DNA of 64,000 nucleotides from Patescibacteria group bacterium (GTDB lineage Bacteria; Patescibacteriota; CPR2; UBA1875): assembly GCA_041737595.1 (NCBI GenBank), contig JBGSRK010000010.1, forward strand, positions 64,001 to 128,000. The letters run 5' to 3'. Below are positions 55,250 through 64,000 of the stretch, in pieces. Both the position numbers and the translations under genes were made by a program. The notes below the pieces were generated by a model. The model did not search any database. It was given only the letters and a program-made list of their open reading frames with translations, and had not been told where the DNA came from. Within the stretch, counting starts at the first letter, position 1. Every line of letters begins with the position of its first letter.

Positions 55250-56341
55250 TTATTTTAAATCTTTGAATAATTTACTTATATTAGAAAGCCATAAATTATA
55301 ATCATATTTTTTTATGGCATCTTTTTGCCCATTTTTTGCAATTTCTAAAGCCTTTGAGAGATTATTTATAACATATTCAATTTTTTCCATTAGATCATTA
55401 CTATTTACATCTTTTGTAACAAAACCAGAAACACTATCTTCTACAATCTCTGGGAGTGATCCTTTTGGTGTAACAATAACAGGCAAACCAGTCATCATAG
55501 CCTCAACTGTTGCTAGCCCAAAGCCCTCCGAAAGAGATGGTTGGATATAAACATCCCATTTATTTAAATATTTATAGATATCGTCTTTTTGGCCCAAAAG
55601 TTCAACTTTATTATTTAACCCAAAACTATTAATCATATTCTCAAGATTATTTCTTTCTGCACCTTCACCCATGATTTCCAATTTAATATTTTTGTTTTCT
55701 ACTTGTGATATAGATTTTATAAGTTCACCAAAATTTTTTACTGGGTGTAACCGTCCAATTGAACCAATAACCAAGCATTTGTCATCCTGAGGCAGAGCCG
55801 AAGGATCTATAGATTCTTCGTTACACTCAGAATGAAGCTCAAAAAAAACACCATTATAGATAACTGTTATTTTATCTTCTTTGACCCCTTCTTGTATTAG
55901 GCCTTTTTTAAGATATTCTGAAACAGTAACATACTTCGAAGTAGCGAAGCGTAAAAGTCTATCAGAAACATAATAAATTATTTTTTTAAAAATATTCCTC
56001 TGATAATCAGTTTTCCAATCACTATGGATTATAGTTATTACGGGTATTTTATATAAAAATCCCCATAGACGACCATAAAAATTTGAAACCATCCCCATTG
56101 TTACTATGGTAGAAATATTCTTAAAGTATTTTGATCCAGGGAGAAAAGAAATGCATTTATTAAAAACTTTTGTTTCAAATTTTAATTCCTTAAGTTCATC
56201 TACAAGTGGCCAATTATTTATTGAGTATAAATGAAGATTAATTTTATTATCTTTTTTTAGACCATTAAATAAATTTAAAATATAGGTATAAATACCACCT
56301 TTGTTTTGTGCCCCACCATATAATATGACTATGTTTTTCAT
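55250..56341 (-). CDS. GT4 glycosyltransferase with in-frame palindromic insertion
   Basis: IYNG, GRL..VK and EGFGLATVEAM. Confidence 0.9.
   Translation of the reverse strand: MKNIVILYGGAQNKGGIYTYILNLFNGLKKDNKINLHLYSINNWPLVDELKELKFETKVFNKCISFLPGSKYFKNISTIVTMGMVSNFYGRLWGFLYKIPVITIIHSDWKTDYQRNIFKKIIYYVSDRLLRFATSKYVTVSEYLKKGLIQEGVKEDKITVIYNGVFFELHSECNEESIDPSALPQDDKCLVIGSIGRLHPVKNFGELIKSISQVENKNIKLEIMGEGAERNNLENMINSFGLNNKVELLGQKDDIYKYLNKWDVYIQPSLSEGFGLATVEAMMTGLPVIVTPKGSLPEIVEDSVSGFVTKDVNSNDLMEKIEYVINNLSKALEIAKNGQKDAIKKYDYNLWLSNISKLFKDLK
55780..55835. repeat. Palindromic element, intragenic copy
   Basis: Reverse complement matches 35114 onward (25 of the first 26 nt). Confidence 0.85.
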
Positions 56342-56368
56342 AAATTAATTTATTTTATTATAACAATT

Positions 56369-57619
56369 TCAACTGTTTTCACCTAAGGAATTACCAAAAA
56401 TTATTGCTACAGGGATTGAAATTGCTAGGAATTCAAACGTATTAGAAGCAAACATCATAAATGAAAATGCTAACATTGAACTATATAACAAATACTTATA
56501 ATTGTTTTTAATAAAACTAACCTGGAATATAACAGAGATCAGAAACCCCAAGAAAGTCAAAAACCCCAAGATACCAAATTGGATTAAAAATGCTATATAT
56601 TGATTATCGGTTGTCAAAAGTGGAACATAACCATTCTGCATACCTAAAAAATATATCGGACTCGAATACATTTCTGCAAATTTACCACCATAGGTGCCCG
56701 CACCTGTCCCAATAAATGGATGATTTTTTAATATATATAAACCATTTTTAAAAGACCAAATTCTACCATCTATAGAAGCATTTAACCAGTATTCTGGGTT
56801 AAAGATCACTAAAATTCTGGATTTCAACCCTGTAAAAAATGCAAGGTTACTAATTTTATTTTTAAAATAATTTATTGAGATAAATGGCAAAATGCCAAAC
56901 AGACCTGCAACCCAAGCTGTTCGAGAAAGCGACACAAAAGATGCAGTGATAAAAACCAACATTATAATTATATATTTTATATCTTTTTTATCTTTAAATA
57001 TCGAAAGACAAATAAGAACCATCAAGACCATTAACATACCAAATACATTTGGACTCGTAAAAAATGCACTTGCTCGACCATAGATTGATTCAAGGGATGA
57101 TGTTGTGAAAACTACATTCCCACTAAAATACTGCCAAATACCATAAATTGCCAACGGCAAACTGCTAAATAATAAGCTATTCAATAGTTTTATAGTCGAT
57201 TGAGCTTGTGCCCAAATAAATGCTATAAAAAATAAAATAATTAACATTATATACATAGGAGCGTTTAGTCCGGCTTCGCCCCTAATAACTGCTAAAAAAC
57301 TTGAACATATAGAAATTAACAAAAAACCAATATACCAATAATGTACTTTATATATCTTAATCTTACTTTTATCAGCAAATATAAGCGCAAAAAATAATAA
57401 TATAAATGGCAATATATCTACTACATTACCCGGCAACATTATTTTAAACATTGGCTCATACCAACTTACAACAAGTGCAATTATCCCTAAGAAAAAAGAT
57501 AATTTAGTATTTTTATATTGAAATAGTTCTAATATTTTAGATTCTTTTATTTTTTTATCAACGGAGTTAATAAATAAATTATTAACAACCCATGAATTTT
57601 TAAATAAATTAATCTTCAT
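56369..57619 (-). CDS. O-antigen ligase/polymerase family membrane protein
   Basis: RA..F..PN, SLSR, GR..., HPFIGTGAG and DNQY. Confidence 0.85.
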   Translation of the reverse strand: MKINLFKNSWVVNNLFINSVDKKIKESKILELFQYKNTKLSFFLGIIALVVSWYEPMFKIMLPGNVVDILPFILLFFALIFADKSKIKIYKVHYWYIGFLLISICSSFLAVIRGEAGLNAPMYIMLIILFFIAFIWAQAQSTIKLLNSLLFSSLPLAIYGIWQYFSGNVVFTTSSLESIYGRASAFFTSPNVFGMLMVLMVLICLSIFKDKKDIKYIIIMLVFITASFVSLSRTAWVAGLFGILPFISINYFKNKISNLAFFTGLKSRILVIFNPEYWLNASIDGRIWSFKNGLYILKNHPFIGTGAGTYGGKFAEMYSSPIYFLGMQNGYVPLLTTDNQYIAFLIQFGILGFLTFLGFLISVIFQVSFIKNNYKYLLYSSMLAFSFMMFASNTFEFLAISIPVAIIFGNSLGENS

Positions 57620-58007
57620 AATTAAATGATTCGATTACTCCACGTGCAAAAAAACTGCCATGAAGTTCTGCCTTTTGGCCAATTAATACTCTTTGGCCAT
57701 TAAAATTATAAACTTCTTCATCTTTTTCGGCTGAGGCTTTTATTGTAACGATAATACCATCATCTGTTTTTTCAAAAGATTCTATTTCAGAAGCGTTATT
57801 AGAACCGTTAAGATAAATTTTTTCACCTTGTTTTATAGATTCTTTTATTAAATCTGCATTTTCAGTTACATGAACTCCTAAGGTAGCATAACCAGAGAGT
57901 GCTTTTGTTGGAGAATACCAGGAAATAAATAAAAGTAAAAAAAACGAAATAACTGATATTATAATCAGATAATCAAATAAATTTAGTTTAATTCTCTTAT
58001 TTTCCAT
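57609..58007 (-). CDS. DUF4330-like membrane-anchored protein
   Basis: KLNLFD + TM + beta domain. Confidence 0.55.
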   Translation of the reverse strand: MENKRIKLNLFDYLIIISVISFFLLLFISWYSPTKALSGYATLGVHVTENADLIKESIKQGEKIYLNGSNNASEIESFEKTDDGIIVTIKASAEKDEEVYNFNGQRVLIGQKAELHGSFFARGVIESFNYED

Positions 58008-58677
58008 ATTTCTCCTTAATTATATACCAAATGAACATCAAAAGCCTTGGGAATCTTTTAAACCTTTTTGGTTCTATAACCATTCTCCAAAGCCATTCTA
58101 GCCCAATCCTTTGTATTATCAATGGAGATCTTTTATACACTCCGCTTGCAACATCAAACGAACCACCTGCTGTCATTGTGGTTATTTTAAGCTCCCTATG
58201 AACCCTTAGAGCTAGCTCTGCGGCTCTTTTCGCCCCCATCCCAATGAAACATACCTTAGCACCAGACTTTTTAATATTTTCTATTATTTTGTTATCATCC
58301 CCAGTAAAACCATCATGATATCCGACCAAATTTAATCCTTGTGATTTGTAACTTTTTGCGGCTCTTTTAATATTATCTTCTGTTGTCCCCCAAATATATG
58401 TAGGAGTTTTGGGATATTCTTCAATTAATTGATTTATTAAATCAATCCCGCTTATTTTTTCTATTTTTTTACCAGTTAAAAACCAATAACCCAAAGATAG
58501 TCCAACCCCATCTGCAACAAAAACATCTACATTATTTAAAATATTATCCCAATCATCTTGTTTTTGAATTAAGGCCCACTTTTCGGCATGAAGAGGAAGA
58601 ATAAAAACACTTTTTTTTATATTTTTATCCCAAAAGTTATTTGATTTATATATATTTATTCTTCTTAATTTTTGCAT
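57997..58677 (-). CDS. WecG/TagA family glycosyltransferase
   Basis: ADG, GIDL, GGSFDV and GLEWLWR...EPKR. Confidence 0.9.
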   Translation of the reverse strand: MQKLRRINIYKSNNFWDKNIKKSVFILPLHAEKWALIQKQDDWDNILNNVDVFVADGVGLSLGYWFLTGKKIEKISGIDLINQLIEEYPKTPTYIWGTTEDNIKRAAKSYKSQGLNLVGYHDGFTGDDNKIIENIKKSGAKVCFIGMGAKRAAELALRVHRELKITTMTAGGSFDVASGVYKRSPLIIQRIGLEWLWRMVIEPKRFKRFPRLLMFIWYIIKEKYGK

Positions 58678-58680
58678 AAG

Positions 58681-59682
58681 TTATTTTAAATATACTTTTT
58701 CGGTTTCAGCCCACATTCTTTCAATCGTAAACTTTTTTTTGTATAAATCATAGGCATAAGTATTATTTATTAATGCAGTTTTTCCCGCTAATTTTATTAT
58801 TGATAAGAAATCACCATATTTAGCTTGATATTTATCTGGGATTACTTCAGTTAATGATTCTAAATCAAAGGTTATTACGGGTATATTTGCAGAATAAGCC
58901 TCCAGGGCCGATAAAGACATTACTTCAGTTGATGATGGGAGAACCATTACTGATATTTGTTCGAAAAATTCAGCTATATTGTCTATATTACCTAATAAAA
59001 TAATATTTTTATTGTTTATTAATTTAATATCATTTAAATCTGGTCCATCGCCAGCAATGACAAGTTTGCGGTCAAGGTTATATAATTTTGCGAATTCTAG
59101 TATTCCTTTTTCTTTTGACAATCTCCCTAAATATCCTATCCCAGCACCTCTCTTTTTTACTTCTACTTTTGGAACACCATTATAAACTACTGATATTTTT
59201 TTATTTGTGATTCCATTAATAATCATTTGATTTTTTAGATAATTTGAAATTGCAATAAAAGAATCTGTTTTTAGTTGTATTAATTTGTAAAAAGGTCTGA
59301 CTTTAAGTGGTAACTGGTCAAGCCGATGAAAGGTTCTTATAATCTTAATTTTTGCCCCAAATATTTTTGCAAAAACAGATAAAAAATGTTCTCTTAAAAA
59401 ATGAGTATGGACAATATCAATATTATTTTCTGTAAAATATTTTTTTAATATAAATACAGCCGTCAAGTCGTACCAACTTTTCATCTTTATTATTTTATAT
59501 TTAAAAGGTTGATTATCCCCAAAGTTTTTTGGTGAAGTAGCCATATTTTCTAAACCTGGGCCTTCTTTACCAAAAACAAAAGTAATATTATTCCCACTTT
59601 TACGAGCTTCATAACTTAAATAGGTAATATATTTCTCTGCTCCCCCTGTACCTGGATAATCAATAATATGCAATATATTCAT
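58681..59682 (-). CDS. GT4 glycosyltransferase
   Basis: GGAE, VHTH, GRLSKEKG and E......LEA. Confidence 0.9.
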   Translation of the reverse strand: MNILHIIDYPGTGGAEKYITYLSYEARKSGNNITFVFGKEGPGLENMATSPKNFGDNQPFKYKIIKMKSWYDLTAVFILKKYFTENNIDIVHTHFLREHFLSVFAKIFGAKIKIIRTFHRLDQLPLKVRPFYKLIQLKTDSFIAISNYLKNQMIINGITNKKISVVYNGVPKVEVKKRGAGIGYLGRLSKEKGILEFAKLYNLDRKLVIAGDGPDLNDIKLINNKNIILLGNIDNIAEFFEQISVMVLPSSTEVMSLSALEAYSANIPVITFDLESLTEVIPDKYQAKYGDFLSIIKLAGKTALINNTYAYDLYKKKFTIERMWAETEKVYLK

Positions 59683-60609
59683 TTATACCTCAAGTATCCC
59701 AAGTTTAAATAATATTTTTGCTAAATAATATGCGGTATTATTATTAAAATTATAAACAGTAATAAATAATTTTATTTTAATTGGAATAGAGTAATGAGAT
59801 ATTTTTTTTATAGCTAAATCGCTTGATATATAATCCTTATTTAAAATCCCAGAAATTAAAATTCTATTCAAATTTTTTTTATGACCTAATTTTATATAAT
59901 CATCTTTATCAGTTAATTCTAACTTGTCGAATATTTTTTCATTTTCAAGATATAATTTTGTTTTATTTGATGAGAGTGATTGGGGTAAATTTCTCCATGC
60001 ACATAAAATATCAGGTAAAACTAAAACGCCATATTTTTTTGTAATTCTTAACCATAAATCAAAATCATCAACCCCGACTAGGTTTTCATCTAAAAATCCA
60101 ACTTCATTGAAGATTTTTCTAGGAACGATTACAGAACAAGTTGTAATATAATTTGTTAATAAGATTTTTTTATATGATTCTGGTGATGGTATATATTCTA
60201 ATTTTCTTAAAAAGGTATCAATAACATTATTTTTTTTATCAATAACATTGGCTGAAGTGGCGATTATCCCAATTTTACTTTTGTTATTTGATAAATTATA
60301 TGACTTTATTTGTTTTTCAATCTTTTCAGGATACCAAACATCATCTTGATCACAAAAAGCGATAAAATCACCTGTTGATTTTTTTATTCCAAAATTTCTA
60401 GGCCTTGCTGGTGATCCACTATTTTTTATTTTGTAATATTTGATTCTAGAGTCATTAACAGATTTAATAATATTTTCTGAATCATCAGTAGAGCCATCAT
60501 TAATGATAATCAATTCTATATTTTTATAGGTTTGATTTAAAATAGAATTAATTGACTCTTTGATGGTTTGTGAACCATTATAAACAGGGGTAATAACACT
60601 AACCTTCAT
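59683..60609 (-). CDS. GT2 glycosyltransferase
   Basis: SVITPVYN, NDGSTD and FCDQDD. Confidence 0.92.
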   Translation of the reverse strand: MKVSVITPVYNGSQTIKESINSILNQTYKNIELIIINDGSTDDSENIIKSVNDSRIKYYKIKNSGSPARPRNFGIKKSTGDFIAFCDQDDVWYPEKIEKQIKSYNLSNNKSKIGIIATSANVIDKKNNVIDTFLRKLEYIPSPESYKKILLTNYITTCSVIVPRKIFNEVGFLDENLVGVDDFDLWLRITKKYGVLVLPDILCAWRNLPQSLSSNKTKLYLENEKIFDKLELTDKDDYIKLGHKKNLNRILISGILNKDYISSDLAIKKISHYSIPIKIKLFITVYNFNNNTAYYLAKILFKLGILEV

Positions 60610-61543
60610 TTTTCCCTCCTAATAATTTTGAAGAAATCTTTTTAAAATCACCTTCTAATAAAAGCTTAAAAAATACATTAATCTTTTGAAGTGGAATATA
60701 AACAAATTTAGCATATTTAATCCAACTAGGAACTGTTTTGTACTCATTTTTACTATATGCCATATGTTTTAAATCCATAAATTTGACATAAAACCAACCA
60801 AAACCATCTTCTTTATAAAATTTATGTTCATCTGGCTCAATATTTTTCCACCTAGACATATATAAATCAGAATTACTCTTATTTAATTGAAATCTTCCTT
60901 CTGAAATACTCTCATAATGTGTAACTACCGATTTTGGAGTATAAATTATATCATAACCGGCTTTTTTAATTTTTAAGCATAAATCAATATCCTCTAAGCC
61001 ATTTACATATAATTCATCAAAACCATCTACTTCAGAAAATATTTTTTTAGGTATTGCTATACAAGCTGCTGTAACTGCTGTGTAATATCTTTTTTTATTA
61101 GCGCTAATTAAATTAGATTTTTCATAAGAATAAATATGTCTTGGTATTTTATCCTCTGAAATAACAACTCCAGCATGTTGAATCTTACCATTAGGGAAAA
61201 GGAGTTTTACTCCGACTGCTCCAATATTTATTTCTTCTAAAAAAATATTTTCAATTTCTTTAAGCCAACCAGAATGAACCTCTGTATCATTATTTAAAAA
61301 AATTAAAATTTCGCCTCTGGCTTTTTTGGCACCTTGATTACACGCTTTTGAAAAATTTTTATTTACACTATTGGTAATTAAAATTATATCTTTTTGTTTT
61401 TTTAAATAATCCACAGAGCCATCCGTGGAACCATTATCAATAACAATAATTTCTAAACCAAAACCTTCTTTTCTTAAAGATTGTAAGCATTTTTTTGTAT
61501 ATTCTTTATTATTAAAAGAGGGTATAATTGTGCTAAAATTCAC
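60599..61543 (-). CDS. GT2 glycosyltransferase
   Basis: DNGSTD, LNNDT and EDIDLC. Confidence 0.92.
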   Translation of the reverse strand: MNFSTIIPSFNNKEYTKKCLQSLRKEGFGLEIIVIDNGSTDGSVDYLKKQKDIILITNSVNKNFSKACNQGAKKARGEILIFLNNDTEVHSGWLKEIENIFLEEINIGAVGVKLLFPNGKIQHAGVVISEDKIPRHIYSYEKSNLISANKKRYYTAVTAACIAIPKKIFSEVDGFDELYVNGLEDIDLCLKIKKAGYDIIYTPKSVVTHYESISEGRFQLNKSNSDLYMSRWKNIEPDEHKFYKEDGFGWFYVKFMDLKHMAYSKNEYKTVPSWIKYAKFVYIPLQKINVFFKLLLEGDFKKISSKLLGGKNEG

Positions 61544-61569
61544 ATAGAGATATTAACACAGAAAGAGAT

Positions 61570-62952
61570 ATGAAAAAAGATATAATAATTTTATCTGTAG
61601 GTCCAGTGCCCACTCAAGATAATAAGATCGTTGAGGGGGGAGGGCTAAGAGCCTGGGGGTTAGCTAACGGTTTAAGCCAGAATGATATTAAAGTCACTGT
61701 GGCAGTACCAGACTCTTACAAAATAGAAGACCAGAACATTAACAACATTAATATTGTTAGTTGGGATTTTAACAATGTAATCGATTTATGCAACAAATAC
61801 AATACCGTATGTGTTTTGTACTCTAGGGCAGATCTGATGCAATTTTTAACAGACAATCTTGACCCTAAAAAAGTAGTGATCATAGATTTGTATGTACCAA
61901 TATACATAGAGTCGTTAGCTCGAAAAGTTCCTAGAGATATTAATGGGGTTAATAACCATTTGCAAAATATTAAATATTGGAATTCAGCATTCACGAGAGG
62001 GGATTATTTTATTTGTGCAAACAAGAATCAACATCATTTGTATACTGGATTATTAAGCGCCTTTGGCAGGATAAGCCCAGTTAGTAAAGTAGAAAATATA
62101 TTAAAAGAAGTCCCTTTTGGAATCTATAGCACTCCAATAGGAAACAAGGCTAAACTGCCCGCTAAATATAAAAAACAAAATGGCGATTTTGTTATTCTTT
62201 GGTTTGGGGGCATATATCCCTGGTTTGACATAGAGCCACTACTAAAAACTATTAAAGATCTTTCTGATAAGAATAGCCAGTTAAAGTTATATGTAGTCGG
62301 TGGCAAAAACCCGTTTGTGAAGGATGAACAATTTATTAAGAAATATAAGGATACAGTTAACCTAGCTAAGAAGATGGGTCTTTTGGATAAAAACATATTT
62401 TTTAAGGATTGGATTTCTTACGAAGATAGAGAGTCCTGGTATAACACGGCCGATATAATAATTAATTTACATAATCCTGGCAGTGAGTCAATGTATGCAT
62501 GGAGAACAAGGGTAGTCGACTTCATTTGGGCTGGAAGACCAATAATATCTAGCGGAGGAGACGAACTAAGCTCTATGATGGAGAAAAAAGATGCTGCTTA
62601 TATCCTCAAAAGTAACACAGAAGAAGAGATTTCAAAAGCTATATTAAAGGTTAAAGATGACAAGAAATATAGAGAGAAAATAATAAATAACCTGAAAGAA
62701 ATGCAAAAAAGCTTGTACTGGGAAAATACAACAAAAGAGTTGTCTAGATTTATAAATAATCCTCAAATTGCAAAGGATCGTGACTTCTTTTTAAAGAACC
62801 ATATAAATTTTAGTCCCCTAGAAAAAACTCATCACAATTCCAAAGAAAATAGGAAATATAACCAGCTTTCCAGGGCTGTTTTTATCTATAAATCTGAGGG
62901 CTTAAAGTCTTTATTGAAAAGAACCAGAAATTATCTAGGAAAGTTTTTTTAA
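61570..62952 (+). CDS. GT-B fold glycosyltransferase
   Basis: GGGLRA, DLY.P, WFGGIYPWFD and RTR..D. Confidence 0.75.
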   Translation: MKKDIIILSVGPVPTQDNKIVEGGGLRAWGLANGLSQNDIKVTVAVPDSYKIEDQNINNINIVSWDFNNVIDLCNKYNTVCVLYSRADLMQFLTDNLDPKKVVIIDLYVPIYIESLARKVPRDINGVNNHLQNIKYWNSAFTRGDYFICANKNQHHLYTGLLSAFGRISPVSKVENILKEVPFGIYSTPIGNKAKLPAKYKKQNGDFVILWFGGIYPWFDIEPLLKTIKDLSDKNSQLKLYVVGGKNPFVKDEQFIKKYKDTVNLAKKMGLLDKNIFFKDWISYEDRESWYNTADIIINLHNPGSESMYAWRTRVVDFIWAGRPIISSGGDELSSMMEKKDAAYILKSNTEEEISKAILKVKDDKKYREKIINNLKEMQKSLYWENTTKELSRFINNPQIAKDRDFFLKNHINFSPLEKTHHNSKENRKYNQLSRAVFIYKSEGLKSLLKRTRNYLGKFF

Positions 62953-64000
62953 ATAAAGATTCTCAATTTGGCTTGAGTATTCTTTTATAGATTTTGGAGG
63001 TTTTATTCTTCTCTGAAATTTGTTAATATTCTCTGGATCATTTGAGAAATATGACATAGCCCTCTCTAAATCCCCCGTCTTATCAGGGTTAAAGATTAAG
63101 CCATCTACATTATTTTTGACCCTTTCGGGCATTCCACCTCTATTAGAAATAATTACAGGTTTACCAAATGTATGAGCTTCATCTACAACTAACCCATAAA
63201 TCTCATTCCATAACGATGGGACTACTACTACGTCTATCTTGTTCATTATTTTTGCTATATCAGTCGGTTTATATATACCACCATATTCAATTGAACTGAT
63301 TTTACTTACTTCACTTAATGCCTCTCTAATTTTATTGTCTTTTTCGTCATATGAGCCATATATCTTTAAAGCGACATCTTTGTTTTTGTCTGATAAACTC
63401 TTAAATTCATTTAATAACAGGTAAAAACCCTTATCTTTTGTTATGTGAGAGATAAAACCAAAGTTAACTTTTTCTCCTTTATGAATTTTTATTGCATTAT
63501 CATTTAACTTAATCCCATGTTCTATATATTGTATCTTTTTAAAATTTATACCAAAATTAGTAGCTTCATTTTTTAAGTAATTTGAAGGAGATATTATTAC
63601 ATCGGCCATATTATAATATTCTTTAAATAAATTATTCCTTACTGATATCTCTTTTGGATCAATGTGCTTTTCAAGATCTCCGGCAATACTTTTTTTCTTT
63701 AATAGGTCAAAATTCCTTAAAAACCTAATAAATGCATCAGAAATTGGCTTAATTATTGGTAATCTTCTAAATACTACATATGTTTTATATGCTAATGATT
63801 TTAATCTATACTTAAAACTTTTATCTCTAGGTTGCATAAGTCTCATACAATCTTCACAATCGTGTAGTATATTTTTGTTTTTAAAATTACAGTTTTTATC
63901 ATGTTTGTAACCACGTATATACGGACATTTAAACCACATATCATGTAATGTTAAGAATAGAGGGATATTTTTTCCCTTTACTATAGAAATAAAATCTAGG
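62935..64000 (-). CDS. GT4 glycosyltransferase, 5'-truncated by the window edge
   Basis: LTLHDMWFKCP, SPS and PSLWNEIYGLVVDEA; frame open to the edge. Confidence 0.88.
   Translation of the reverse strand, partial: LDFISIVKGKNIPLFLTLHDMWFKCPYIRGYKHDKNCNFKNKNILHDCEDCMRLMQPRDKSFKYRLKSLAYKTYVVFRRLPIIKPISDAFIRFLRNFDLLKKKSIAGDLEKHIDPKEISVRNNLFKEYYNMADVIISPSNYLKNEATNFGINFKKIQYIEHGIKLNDNAIKIHKGEKVNFGFISHITKDKGFYLLLNEFKSLSDKNKDVALKIYGSYDEKDNKIREALSEVSKISSIEYGGIYKPTDIAKIMNKIDVVVVPSLWNEIYGLVVDEAHTFGKPVIISNRGGMPERVKNNVDGLIFNPDKTGDLERAMSYFSNDPENINKFQRRIKPPKSIKEYSSQIENLYLKKLS

Noticed and set aside
113-63910. Numerous 60-125 aa ORFs antisense to or nested in long genes (for example 113-331, 13280-13618, 20546-20920, 44078-44446)
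   Set aside because: They overlap well-supported genes and have no motifs or RBS.
1-64000. Alternative genetic code (UGA=Gly), rRNA genes or prophage
   Set aside because: Genes are full length in the standard code and several end in TGA; no rRNA or phage structural genes were seen.

Overview
AT-rich bacterial chromosome segment read in the standard code. It is most likely from a Patescibacteria/CPR organism; this is inferred from the gene set (DUF5663, PaaX-like protein, short TsaB, compact type IV pilus operon). Housekeeping blocks are hup-ymdB-rny, tsaE/tsaB/Ham1, a complete type IV pilus operon, ruvABC-yebC-lepA and a cell-surface glycan locus. There are seven tRNA genes, one of which (tRNA-Asn GUU) is split by a 501-nt group I intron carrying an HNH ORF. 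Most notable: (1) an integrase-free tandem array of single-gene cassettes behind tRNA-His, separated by 29-bp att-like repeats that look like large-serine-recombinase attP arms; (2) a GIY-YIG gene bracketed by the real and a remodelled copy of the tRNA-Asn 5' exon; (3) a serine-recombinase island with a HEPN-like gene, TGAGACA repeat units and a cluster of non-canonical nucleotide hydrolases; (4) a ThiF-methyltransferase-7TM kinase operon; (5) several repeat families, including covarying 52-bp repeats, 35-bp direct repeats around a PaaX/Cas2-fold gene and a palindromic element inserted in frame in a glycosyltransferase; (6) a 6S-like RNA candidate before rny; (7) a pilM gene that must use a non-canonical start codon. 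All calls are by eye; no database searches were run.
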